DNA of 64,000 bases, taken from the human T2T-CHM13v2.0 reference genome, Homo sapiens. The translations under genes and the position numbers were made by a program. The notes beneath the pieces are model-generated. The model was not told where the DNA came from. It made no database searches and saw nothing but the letters and a program-made list of their open reading frames with translations. Positions within the stretch are counted from its first letter, which is position 1; every line of letters starts with the position of its first letter. Positions 1 through 12,782 of this stretch are shown in pieces. The stretch is from NCBI RefSeq assembly GCF_009914755.1, contig NC_060927.1. The stretch is one strand, 5' to 3'.

Positions 1-65
1 CAGATAATATCTTTTACTTCCTCATTTTTTCTTCAATAGCTCTCTAATGAAAAAAAAAAAAAAAA

Positions 66-429
66 ATCCCCAGTGTTGGAGGTGGGACCTGGTGGGAGGT
101 AATTGGATCATCGGAGTGGGTTTCTCATGAATGGTTTTGCACCATCCTCTTGGTGTTGTTCTCATAATACTGAGTTCTTGCTAGATCTGATTGTTTAAAA
201 GTGTGTGGCACCTCTCTCTCTCTTCCTTGCTGCTGCTCTCAACATGTGAGATGCCTGCTCCTGTGCCTTCCACCACAAATGTAAGCCTCCAGAGGCCTCC
301 CCAGAGGCAAATGCCAGTGTTATGCTTCCAGTACCTCCTGCAGAACCATAACCCAATTAAACTTCTTTTCTTAATAAATTACTTAGTCTCAGGTAATTCT
401 TTATAACAATTCAAGAACAGCCTAGTACA
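66..429 (+). mobile_element. MST-family (MSTA/MSTB-like) ERVL-MaLR solo LTR, 5' end missing
   Basis: Typical MST text 'cccagtgttggaggtgggacctggtgggaggtaattggatcat' and 3' end 'ttaataaattacttagtctcaggtaattctttata...cctagtaca'. Confidence 0.85.
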
Positions 430-775
430 CTCAGCTTTTCTCAAACGTCAATGTCTCGTGAAGGAGACATGCTCATAGAGCCGATTGTAAGCTCTGTAAC
501 CTTAGGGGTTGGGTGTTTTTGAATCCCATTGACTCTCAGCACTGATCACTGTGCTTGAATCATAACTATTTGCAAAATAAATGGAGGGCAGGAAAAAAGA
601 AAAACAAAAACTCAAATTCTGTTACAATATAAGCTACAAAATTCAAGTAAGTATAATGTACTATAAGAATACAGATGAGAAATAACTGATCAACTGTACA
701 TGAATCAAACATTACAACAGTTTTGATCACTTGCTGGGTATAAACTTAATGGAGAATAGGGAATCAGGAGTGTTT

Positions 776-1372
776 CATCAAGAACTGCTAAGGACTTAAG
801 ATTTTACCCTATTTAGAAAGTGATGAGTTAGTCTGAGCGATTTCCTGGATACTATCAAGAGACAAAAGCCTCCAGCGTCAAAGATAAAGGTCAATTTTTT
901 ACTCACAGCAAAAGCAGTAGTGAGAGTGTCAGCACTTTTGTAAGTTCCTGAGCCAAATTTCCCACAAGAAGGCCAGGCTATACCTGCACATTGCAGTGGG
1001 AGCTGTGTTAGAAAAGAGAAACTCTGGGCTTCAAGAACAATAATATTAAGATAAGTAGGGAGCACACCTTCCCTTTTGCTCTGGGAGAAGAAACTTTGTC
1101 TTTCAATACTCTAAGAAAATCTGCCTTTGTGAGCCAAGATCGTGCCACTGCACTCAAGCCTAGGCAACAGAGCGAGTCTCCATCTCAAAAAAAAAAAAAA
1201 AAAAAGAAAAAAGAAAACCTGCCCTTTGCTCCAGAAGAAACACTACCTCTGTCTTCCAAAGTTGTTCACTGTCCAGATACCCTTAAAAAGATAATTGGGC
1301 AAAGGCAGTTAGCGCCTCTGCTGGCAAGACTTGCAGAAGCATGAGAAACCCACGTAGAACTGTCTCCTAACT
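776..1372 (-). mobile_element. LTR47-like ERVL solo LTR interrupted by an Alu fragment
   Basis: The reverse strand starts 'gttaggagacagttctacgtgggtttctc...gcagaggcgctaactgcctttg', contains 'gctgtgagtaaaaa' and ends 'agggtaaaatcttaagtccttagcagttcttga'. This matches the recalled LTR47 consensus. Confidence 0.7.
1130..1210 (+). mobile_element. Severely 5'-truncated Alu (last ~57 bp plus poly-A)
   Basis: 'tgagccaagatcgtgccactgcactc...catctc' followed by an A-tail. TSD aagaaaatctgcctttg (1113-1129) / aagaaaacctgccctttg (1211-1228). Confidence 0.95.
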
Positions 1373-1492
1373 TGCCCTTTCTGGTTCTATGTCAGAAACC
1401 CATGTGCGGTACATTAAACAGTTTTTATTTCCATTTTTAAGGGCAGCCCATATATGGTTGAACAGGTAGGGGTAGATAACAGAGCAATCCCA

Positions 1493-1660
1493 GAGAGGCA
1501 GATTTACTATGAACCTGATGAAGCTTAAACTTCTGAGTTATATACCTCTTCCAAGGCCCTGTCATTAATTATGTATGAATAATCTTTTATTCTTTTTCTT
1601 TGAGAGGGCTGTACAAATTATGAAAACCTCAGACTCCAAGAACTGGATCCACCAACCCTT
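1493..1660. mobile_element. MER53 hAT-type non-autonomous DNA transposon
   Basis: 'ggcagatttactatgaacctgatgaagcttaa...ttccaaggccctgt...ttctttttctttgagagggc...ctggatccacc' matches the recalled MER53 consensus. Confidence 0.75.
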
Positions 1661-2826
1661 GCCACAGTGTATGCAGCTATCATTTAAAATGAGGGTGGGG
1701 TGCATGAGTGCTAGAAAAGGCATCAGGTGTGACTTCTGTTCATGGAAGAAGTCCTATAAAGAGTAGGACTATGAACTCTAGTAATGCTATTTAGTTAGAA
1801 TGTGAAAATTATTAAAGGATAGTCAGAAAAATGTAAGTAAATAGAGAAAGAAGATGTTTCTAAAAAATATTTCAAATGTAATAATTGTTTTAATGGAAAG
1901 GATATAACATGTCTTATTTCACATAGGTAAATTCTATCTTTATTTTTCTCTTGTAAAATCTACTGTCCTACTCAGAGTCACCTTCAGTTGATATCTAAGC
2001 CTCCCACAATCTAAAAACGTTTGTTATTAACACTTACTTAATACTTTTTAACATTAAGTGGACCTTTATGTGCATATCTGAGAGACTATACATAAACATG
2101 GATGGGCCTTTTCATAATTAACAGAAAAATACATTTATAACTTACAGCCATCTTCTCTGAAGCTAAAGCTCTACGTCTGCATCTATTCAGTAAGATAATT
2201 TCCCTAATTTCTCTTCATACATTCCTTTGGTGGTGTACATCCAAAGTTGTCTCTCAAGCCACTGAGTTTTGAATTTAAAAGATGAAAGTTTATCATTCAA
2301 GGCAACAGTCATAATCATTTCCTTTCTTCAGTTCCATTAAGATGAAAAAAAGAAAATCTCAGCAAACAGAATATACATGCCCTTCACAGCATGTGATATT
2401 TTCAGCCTAACCTATTTTTAATTAAAAAGTCCATCAGTAAGCCATATCAATGGACTAACGTCTAGCTGAAGTTAAATACTTACCATTAATTCTATTAGAT
2501 GTAAAAAGTAACTTTAGAAACATAGTTATGCGTATTCATTTAGTCCATTTTATTTTTAAAAATTCTAAAATATTTGCTATTCCAGGAGAAAAACACAGTT
2601 AAATTTTTTCTTTAACTTATACTAAATTTTCCAAATTTATTTCTCAGGTTTATATGTAGTCTCTTAAAGTATAAGTAACATTTTTGCCTATAAAGTAGAT
2701 CAACACCCAATCTTTCTAATATCATCCTCCAATATGAAAAGAAGTGGTTGATTTTAGGACTGAGGCAGGAAATATACAGGATGGGCCTGGAGCATTTTGT
2801 AGTATCAGAAAGTAAGCAAGTGCTCA

Positions 2827-2839
2827 ACACACACACACA

Positions 2840-2874
<35 letters not shown>
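2827..2874. repeat. (CA)n microsatellite, one interruption
   Basis: Direct reading of the sequence. Confidence 0.98.
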
Positions 2875-2877
<3 letters not shown>

Positions 2878-2883
2878 TAGTAT

Positions 2884-3510
2884 TGATACGGCTCCGGTGA
2901 TTGGAGGAATGCCAGATTCTTCGTCTCCAGTCGGAATAGATAAAACCACTCATGGAGTGGTTTTAAGGAGCGGAGAGTTTAATAGGCAAGAAAGAAAAGA
3001 GAAGGCAGAAGGCAGAAGGAAGAGGCTCCCCCATACAGAGACAGAGAGAGGAGGGCTCCAAAGCAGAGAGAGGAGACCCCCAAGTTGGGGGTAAACCAGC
3101 CAGGTATATATAGAGGCTGCAGGAGGAGGTGTCTGATTTGCATAGGTCTCAGGGGATTGGTTTGACCAGGCATGACATTCATGTAGCCCTCGAAAAAACT
3201 GGCCCTCCCACCCTAGCATTTTAATATGCCAATGTAGGGTGCCATGTTGTTCTACACACGTGGGGATACGTGGGGGCAGCCATGTTGCCAGGCACATGTG
3301 GGACAAGGGCAAGAACACAAGGATGGTAATCGCCATGTGGGGTGGACCCAGTTTTTAAAGGCCTGCATTTGCATATCAGAGGTTGCCTGCCTTGCTCTAA
3401 GAGCCGGGGCTTTCCTTCTAGATAAGAAACGTTTCTGGAACAGCTTTAAAAGAAACAAAAACTTTTCCTCTCTATCCGCCTAAAATAATTTCTTAATAAC
3501 TCCTACCACA
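2884..3510 (-). mobile_element. LTR9-family ERV1 (HUERS-P3) solo LTR
   Basis: The reverse strand begins 'tgtggtaggagttattaagaaattattttaggcggatagagaggaaaag'. TG...CA termini. 4-bp TSD with one mismatch, gtat/ctat. Confidence 0.8.
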
Positions 3511-3559
3511 CTATGTCGAAGAGAAAGGGAAGCCAGTGAAAAGACCTCCCAAGATACAA

Positions 3560-4520
<961 letters not shown>

Positions 4521-5029
4521 AACAGAATTCTCTCATCAGTTATAGAATTCAGAAAAAGAAAGCTCACTGTCAATCCTTAAGTAGCTGTTTAAATAAATAC
4601 TTCATGAAAACCTCAAATTCTATTTTAAATAGAACTGTCATTTTCCATTACTCTTCTTTGCATTATCTTCTCTTCATGTAGTTTACAGTTTACTGCAACA
4701 TATGCTGAGTTACAGAAACATAATACATATAAATCTAGTTAGATAAATAGAAGGATCAAAGATTTGAGATTAGAACAAGTATAGATAAAAATAACAGCTT
4801 CTGAAAATAGGTATATTGAATGAAATAATGCTTAAAGGGATGAAAAATAAAACACGGAAAAGACAAAATGTCCATCTGACACAGGCTTGCTGCTGTTTGT
4901 GATTCTATATTCATAAGGTACTATAATTTGTGTTTACTATATGGTGGTCAAAATAGCAAATAACTTAACAATTATTAAATTCTATTAGACATCATGAAAC
5001 TGCTAACAAAACTAATAAAATGTGATGTA

Positions 5030-5775
5030 GAATGGCAAAAATGAAAAAAAGCAATATAAAACCAACTCTTGGTGAGGACATGGAGCAACTGAAACTCTCC
5101 TACATTGCTAGTGGGAAGTGTAAACTGGTACAACTATATTTAGTATTTACTAAAGGTGAAGCTATGCATACCTTATAACTGAATAATTTCACACCTAGGT
5201 GTATACTCATCGGTAACACACAAATGTGTTCACTAAAAGACGTGTTCTAAAATGTTCATATCACTATTCATAATAACCAAAGCTATTGGTTATTCATAAC
5301 AAACTATGAATCATTATTCATATGAAGCAACTATTCATGATGAATAGTAAATCACATCAATATTCATAATAACCAACTGAAATACTGTTTCCTGGATTCA
5401 ATAACTACAGGTATTTTCATAATAATCCAAAAGAAGAATAAATTATTGTATATTCACACAATGGGATACTGTGCAGCAATGATAATTGCTCTATACAAAA
5501 TACATGTATTTTACATTACAGTATACAAAATATACATGAATCTCACAAATATATTGAACAATAGACACACAAGATTATGTAGTATATGATTCCATGTATA
5601 AAAGGAAACAGTGAAAATAATCTATACCATTAGAAGTCAGAGTAGTAGGAAGAAGGATGACGGGCAGCTTCAGGGAGCAGGTTACAAAACATATTCAACG
5701 TGTGAAAATTCACAGAGCTTTATACATATGATGTACATACTTTAATTTCTCTATGTCTATGATTTTTTATTAAAA
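5030..5775 (+). mobile_element. L1ME-type LINE-1 3' fragment (ORF2 end and 3' UTR)
   Basis: 'ttggtgaggacatggagcaactgaaactctcctacattgctagtgggaagtgtaaactggtacaac' and 'catgaatctcacaaatatattgaaca'. An internal scrambled insert lies at ~5280-5430. Confidence 0.8.
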
Positions 5776-6360
5776 AAATACGGTTGTCAAGACACCTGGC
5801 TTGAGTGATATTCCTGTCTCACAATACGATTTACATATATGCAATAAGAACCTATATGTGAAGAGAACTATATTATATGAATACATCTACAATAATGATA
5901 ATAATGAAAATAGATATATTTTTATTTTACTTTCTGCCATATCTCTCACTCCCTAACTTATTCTCCCACAGCCGCACCATTTACCTGTTTAGAACAGTCT
6001 TTGAAAAGTCCATAGACTCTAAAATCAGATGTTTTTCAGACCAGCTGTTTTTCAGGTCTTTAATATATGAGGATGAATTTCGGTTTGTGTGTTAAAGATT
6101 CATTTCTCATGCCTGTAAGCACAGACTTTCTAGTAATAATTCCAGAGAAACAACATCACAAGTACTTGATTATAAGAGATAGTACTAAAAGGATATGATA
6201 AACAATGCTTAAAAATGTTTCTATATTTTAGATACATGTTGCTAAACGACTTGAATACTATTTCCTGGACTCGATAACTACAGGTACTTTCATAGTAATA
6301 AAGCTAATCACATACTAAAGGAACAAACGCTAAAGTTAGAATGATTGCAAGTCTTCCTTG

Positions 6361-6462
6361 GACACAGGGACTCTGACAGGATGACAGGAATCTTAGCAGC
6401 TGACAGCCCTTGCTAAGTTTTCCTGTTTATTACCTTCAGCTCATGCTCCTGGTCTTATCACA
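6361..6462 (+). repeat. Dispersed ~100-bp direct copy of 8415-8513 (internal part of the MER31 LTR)
   Basis: Manual alignment gives 3 substitutions and one 3-bp indel. The last ~60 bp are identical. Confidence 0.95.
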
Positions 6463-6504
6463 GTTAGGAGCTTATTAATGTATCTCAGATAACTGAACAT
6501 CAAT

Positions 6505-6715
6505 AACAATAATTTATTCCAGCATAGCAGGTAAAAGACACTGTGCTAAATACTTTATATATTTTTTCATATTTAAATCTCATAAATCCTTTGTGATAAT
6601 CTATTACAACTTTTTACTTATTAGATTACAATAATAAAGTTTACAAAAGTAAAGAGATTGACCTAGTATTTAAACACGTATTTGCCTCATAAAGACTATG
6701 TACTTAATCACTAAA
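6505..6715 (-). mobile_element. MIR SINE, degraded
   Basis: 'cactgtgctaaatactttatatat...catatttaaatctcata...gtaaagagattgacc'. Confidence 0.6.
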
Positions 6716-7642
6716 CATATCTCATGTCTTCATGAAACTCAAGTTCTAATGGCAAATTTTATTTTGGATACCTAATACTAAGTCTGAACCTAAGATTGAA
6801 CAAATAAGCTCAATATAAACAGTATTCATTATAGTCTAATTTCTTAATACAAGCAAGTATTAACCTGGAGACATATATATCTTATGTAAATATCAATGTA
6901 AATATCTCTGTAAGTTTGTATGCAATCATCTCTTTGGTGCCACATTGTGTTATGCTTTGACAGTGTATAGAAAACAGCAGGATCTGTAGCTCCAATGAAA
7001 TCATTATTACAACTTCTCACTCCTGCTAGCTGTAGATCTCCTAGTGGGCATTGTTCTGGCAGCTTGTGCGTCCCTGCAGAACTCGCCGCGAATCCTCTGG
7101 ACAGGAATTCCATAGGCAGGTCTCAGCAAATATAACCATATAGGTTGGCTTGGGTTTATCTCCTACTACCTGGGGTCGTTTCTGAGAGAAAGCCATAGCT
7201 CTTTTTCAGGGTACCCATGGACGATCCTTTTATATTATAAATTCAAAAAAGCAAATCACACTTTCACAGTCCAAATATAGCCTTTGGTCTAAAGTCAACT
7301 GCTATTTGTAGTCAAATTGAATCTGGTGCTTGTTAGTGTAAGAATAGAGAATTCAACTAATTTATGGAACAGTCCAGTCATAAAGGGAGAAAGTCTCACA
7401 AAACTGTTGATGAAAGGGATCTCAGGACCTCAGAAAGGATATTTTCCTAGAATCCCTACCAAAACACTCACTGTGTAGGCTGCTGTGATGATTAGATGGC
7501 ATTATAAAATTCTAAGCTCCATGTTACTAAGAAGTAAATAAATGTTAGCTATTAGTTTTTACATTTTCTCATTTCTGCTCCATACATTGCCTTTATCAAC
7601 TTCCTTTAATTGAAACCTGTGTTCTCAAAAATTCCCTTAAGG

Positions 7643-7643
<1 letters not shown>

Positions 7644-7688
<45 letters not shown>
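7644..7688. repeat. (TG)n microsatellite
   Basis: Direct reading of the sequence. Confidence 0.98.
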
Positions 7689-7689
<1 letters not shown>

Positions 7690-7839
7690 CTCATAAAGTC
7701 CTATTGGCTCTGCTGCCGAAAAAAATTGTGAATTCATTCACTTTATACTAAATTCATCCCATCATTCTGATTCATCTACATAAATTAATCACATAAATTC
7801 CTAACTAGTATCCTTTCATCCACTCAAACTTCCTCCTCA

Positions 7840-8220
7840 TTTTTCACTACAAGAGGCCAAAATGATGTTTTCAAATACAAATCTATTCATCGGTTTTCCT
7901 TATTTATAAGTGATCAGTGATTTCCCTTTGCTATAGGAGGATGTCCAACTCTCTACCATGGCCTTTCTCCTATGATTATTTCTACTCTAGCCACAGTGAC
8001 TTTTCTACTATGTCTTCCAAAACACCAGGAACTTCCACTCGACAGCCTAGAGGATTCTGTTACTTCCTTCTGGAAGCTCCATTTTCAAACCCTGTCTTTA
8101 TAATGTTTTTATGCTTCATATTTAAGCATAAGTGGTTTCCTTCGGTTTCCTCTCCACCTAACCCTCAAGTTACACCAGGATTCCCTATTTATAATCCTAA
8201 TGCACTCTTCACAATTGCCA
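7840..8220 (+). mobile_element. L2 LINE 3' fragment
   Basis: 'ggccaaaatgatgttttcaaatacaaatctattcat...cagtgatttccctttgctataggaggatgtccaactctctaccatggcct'. Confidence 0.55.
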
Positions 8221-8221
8221 T

Positions 8222-8762
8222 TGATGGGCTTTAGGACATGCTACCCCAAAATGTACACACCTTGATATATTGAATATTTTAAACTGAAGGAATTTGAGAA
8301 GTAGCAGGAAGACTCTGCCCTTCCTTTCCCTTCTTCCCTGAAACAGATTATAAGATTCTTATGTGAAAGATGCCTTCCTTATTCCCAGAGAAAAGGAGCA
8401 TTCTTATCTCCAAAGACACAGGGACTCCAACAGGATGACAGGAGTCTTAGCAGACAGCCCTTGCTAAGTTTTCCTGTTTATTACCTTCAGCTCATGCTCC
8501 TGGTCTTATCACATTTTGCCTTGACTCTCCACTCTTCTTTTTTTATACTAGGTTCTACCAAACCTAGCATAACAACATTCCAGCTCAACTGTTTCTTTGG
8601 GTCTCTGTTTCTTATGAAGTCTCCTGGGTCATGTAAAACTGATATTAAATGATGTTATATGCATTTGTATGCTTTTCTATTGTTAATATGTCTTTTGTTA
8701 CAGTGGCCCTGACTGAGAGCATAGAAGGATAGAAAGAAAGATACTTTTCCTTCTCTATACCA
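8222..8762 (+). mobile_element. MER31-family ERV1 solo LTR
   Basis: Start 'tgatgggctttaggacatgctaccccaaaat...ttgaatattttaaactgaaggaatttgagaa'. 3' part 'ctgtttctttgggtct...catgtaaaact'. Confidence 0.8.
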
Positions 8763-8849
8763 CCAGTTTATTAATTATGCATTCACTTTGTCTTATACCA
8801 ATCTTCTGTGCTAGTCTCTGAGTTCCATCAATTTCACACCCAAGTGCCC

Positions 8850-9203
8850 TGTATTAGTCTGTTTTTATGCCGCTGATAAAGACATACCCAAGACTGGGAA
8901 GAAAAATAGGTTTAATTGGACTTACAGTTACACATGGCTGGGGAGGCCTCAGAATCATGGTGGGAGGTGAAAGGCACTTCTTACATGGTGGCGGCAAGAG
9001 AAAATAAGGAAGAAGCAAAAGCAGAAACTCCTGATAAACCCATCAGATCTTGAGAGACTTATTCACTATCACAAGACTAGCATGGGAAATACTGGTCCCC
9101 ATGATTACATTACCTCCCACTTGGTCCCTCCCACAACACATGGGAATTCTGGGAGATACAATTCAAGTTGAGATTTGGGTGGGGGCATGGCGAAACCATA
9201 TCA
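8850..9203 (-). mobile_element. THE1A MaLR solo LTR
   Basis: 'tgtattagtc...gaagaagcaaaagcagaaactcctgataaacccatcaga...aaaccatatca'. Perfect 5-bp TSD tgccc at 8845-8849 and 9204-9208. Confidence 0.92.
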
Positions 9204-9626
9204 TGCCCCCTTGTCTTGTCACCTAATACAATTCAGGCCAAATGGTAAATACACAAAACTATCTGGCAAATGAAAGAAAGTTTAACAATTAGATATTTAG
9301 AAGTCAAATATTTATTTATTATCTATATATTGTACTACATCAATGGCTTCAGAATGCTCTGTGATGAAAATATTTACTTATTTACAAAAGCTGGATCAAC
9401 ATAATACCAAACCCCAATTACATAAATACACATCACTATTAACATATTATGAGGTAGAAGGAAGAATTTTAAAACTGGACATCGTTTTTTATTCCCAAAT
9501 GATATAAATAATTTCAACATAAGTATAATGTGATACTTTAATCCAAGTTTATTTTTATAACACACAGCAAGATAATTTATCTATTTGAAGAGAAAGGCAA
9601 TTTATATCATATACATGTATGTATGA

Positions 9627-9627
<1 letters not shown>

Positions 9628-9660
<33 letters not shown>
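9628..9660. repeat. (TG)n microsatellite
   Basis: Direct reading of the sequence. Confidence 0.98.
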
Positions 9661-9662
<2 letters not shown>

Positions 9663-9669
9663 TTGCAGT

Positions 9670-10059
9670 TGTATTTTTTTTTTTTTTTTGCTAGGGCTTC
9701 AGTAAAGTAATACCACAGATGGGGTGGCTTAAATAATATAAATTTATTTTCTCTCAGTTCTAGAAATTGGAAGGCTAAGACCAAGGTGTCAGCAGCTTGG
9801 TTTCTCTTGAGTTCTCTCTCCATGGCTTGCAGATTTCCACCTTCTTGCTTCATCTTTCTGTGGTCTTTTCTCTGTGGTGGCACATCCCTAGTGTCTCCTC
9901 CTCCTTTTAAAGTGACATCAGTAATATTGGATTAGGGATCCACCCTTATTAACTCATTTAACCTTAACTACCTCTTTAAAGGTACCATCTCCAGAGTCAC
10001 TTTGGGGGCTAGGGCTTCAATGTATACATTTTAGGAGGACACAATTCAGTGTATTAACA
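9670..10059 (-). mobile_element. MLT1A/MLT1B-type MaLR solo LTR
   Basis: 'taccacagatggggtggcttaaa...ccaaggtgtcagcag...atattggattagggatccaccc...ggacacaattcagtgtattaaca'. Confidence 0.85.
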
Positions 10060-11854
10060 GAAATTCAGATTCCTCCCTTATCTCATAAAAATGTTACCAC
10101 GATTTAAAAAAAAAATCCACCAGAATAGCAAAACAGTGTGATTGGTTACAATGAGTATATGCTATTTATTCCTGCAGTGTTCATAAGGCCCAGAAGAATT
10201 CATTTTTTGTGGTTGTGCAATGATAGTGACAAACTTCCCTCATTATTATTATTATACCTGACATTTTGCTCTCACAAGTTCATTTTTTAAGAAACCCAGC
10301 AGATCAGTGTTGTAAATAATTATTACTGTTACTGTGTGCAGACTAACCCCTCGGGCTGCACAAACTGTGTGTGTGTCATTTTTTCCCCCTACTGTCACCC
10401 TCTTTTGACCCTTGGAGCTCTGCCATTCTCTTGGGTATCTTGTCTGAAAGCTGACAAAATAACAAATGTTGGAGTTAAGTTTAACATTGTGTTTGTCATT
10501 CATCTCCTATAAAAAGCCAACATTTCTCATTAAAATTAAAAGCATATATTTATGTAAAATTTTCAGTAATATTATATTTTTAAATTAAACATATTTCTTT
10601 ATTAACCACCACTTTCTAGTCTCCTAATAACTAGTCTATACATCACATCAAAATTTAATGATTATTTATTTACTTAATGGAATATTACTGTTTAGAATAA
10701 CAGATTTCTATCTCCATACCCGTATTTTATATTCCCCTAATGTTTTCCCAGTTGAATTTCTAATCCTTGCTCCTAGACATCTTAACCTTAATCGTGTTCA
10801 TTTCAGTTATGTGCTCTGAATACAAATTGCTCATTTTGTAACACAAGCAAATAAATAATTTTATCTTTTTCTTCCTCTTTCCAACCAAGCTTCTTATTTT
10901 GCAAATCCACCTTCCACATACAACCCTAGTTCGGATTCTATTTCCACATGGTTGTTAAGTAGTTATGAACATATGTTTTATGTTTTAGCCTGTGTAACAC
11001 CACCACATTTATACCTTTGAGCAAAGATGGATCCCCCTAACTTGGGAATGATTACTTTACCATCCTCATTTGACAATCATGTATCTCTAACCCCACATCC
11101 CTTAAAATGTCATTTTTTATCTTTGCTGTTGTAGAAGAAGGTCTATTAATTCATTCCGCTGGATATAAGACCCCAAATGTCTGTGCAGAAGCCAGTAAGA
11201 TTGCCCTCACTGCTTGTTTCTGTTCCTTAAGTGCTATCAACCTACTGCTTTCAAAAACTAGAATGTTTTTCATTCCTTGTCTCTGCCACTGCTTCCACAG
11301 AACATTTTTCCTGGACAGGCTATTCTGCTCCTTTGCTGATTGCTTCCTATGACCTGGTTTGCAGAGGTTGGGAGGGGAATTAGGAGGGAGATCCAAAAGC
11401 AACAGTTTCCCAAGATAAGCTCCCAGTTTGGAATTTCTTTGTGACACTGCAGATGTTAGGCAACACATGGATACAGCTGGGAGACACCAAGGTATAGTGA
11501 GTGCCAGAGTTCCCAACCATTTAATATACAATGACACTCTTACAACATGAAAGAAAAAAAATGAGCTCCCACATAATTTCTGTAGTTTTAGGATGTGTTT
11601 ATAAGAAAATACATGACTACAAAATTTTTACACACCAGAATTTTGAAGTATAATAGTATTTCATCAGACAATAGGATCTATCCACTTTTGACAATTTGTA
11701 CAGATAAGGATATATTGTGTAGTCACCCAACAGGCTATACTTTCTATCTGTCTAGAGTCTAACATTCCCTGAAATAGCTATTTAGTTCTTTTCCTTACCC
11801 ACACCCTCATATTTGAAGGCCACAACTTGGAAACAGCAGGAGAGAAAAGAGTAC

Positions 11855-11990
11855 TGAATTATATGCTCCCCTTCGGTTGTATAACTTGAAGCAAATTACT
11901 TAACCTCTTAGATCCTTTAGTTTCGTGAGGCTTAAAATTAAATAAGAAAATATACATAAAAGTCTGCTATGTCAAATTGGTTATAAAGGC
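11855..11990 (+). mobile_element. MIR fragment
   Basis: MIR core 'ttgtataacttgaagcaaattacttaacctct...tttagtttc'. Confidence 0.55.
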
Positions 11991-12782
11991 AAAGTATAAG
12001 AGAAAAAAATGAATAAGAGAAATCTAGAAATGATTTCTCATTTCTAGATGAGAAATCCATGTGATGTGATCAAGAAAGCTAAAAATCTCTGGCAGTTTCT
12101 TTGGAGAAACACGGTTTTGGAGGTACGTGATGGATGGCACAGTGTGCTTTCTGGATTCCTTCTTCCTGGCTTGAACTCTTGTTTCATTTGGGACAGGGGA
12201 AGCAAAATGGGGTAGCGCCCTCAACTTATCACAACCCTTCCTTCCCATAACGTCACAGAAGTTTAATGATGTGCCATTTTGATGTCTTCCAAAAACAACT
12301 CTTACCTTGATTTTCCACTGAAACTCATTTTACACACATAAAACCACAAAATAGTCCTCAATGGTATTAACATTTTCTTTGAAATATTATTGAAAGAACA
12401 AGGGAAAGATTTTGGAAAATTTTTATTTCCTTTCCTGTTGTAGCTTGGAAAATGAGCAGAAAAAGCAGTTTTCCCATGATAAGATCATGCCATGCATTGA
12501 AATAAATCTATAAATTAAAATAAATACTTCAGTTATCCAAACCAAGCCTGAAATTTGCCAAGGTCTTTCTTGAGTATGCCAAGTGAAACAGAAAATTTAA
12601 TTTAGGCTGATTAGTATCATGGTTATAAGGATACTCACCAAAGTATGAAATATTTACATTATTAGTTCAACAAAATCAGATTATACATTGATGGATATGA
12701 TTTGTGAAGGGATCATGACTATATGGTTTCACTTCAGTAAATACTGAACCAGTTTAATAAAATAACCAACAAAGGTATCATT

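Noticed and set aside
1309-1326. CTCF-like motif GCCAGCAGAGGCGCTA on the minus strand
   Set aside because: It is one base short of the CTCF core spacing and is part of the LTR47-like sequence.
11151-11537. 128-aa minus-strand ORF in unique sequence
   Set aside because: It has no recognisable domain, no true ATG start and no convincing splice boundaries. The length is compatible with chance.
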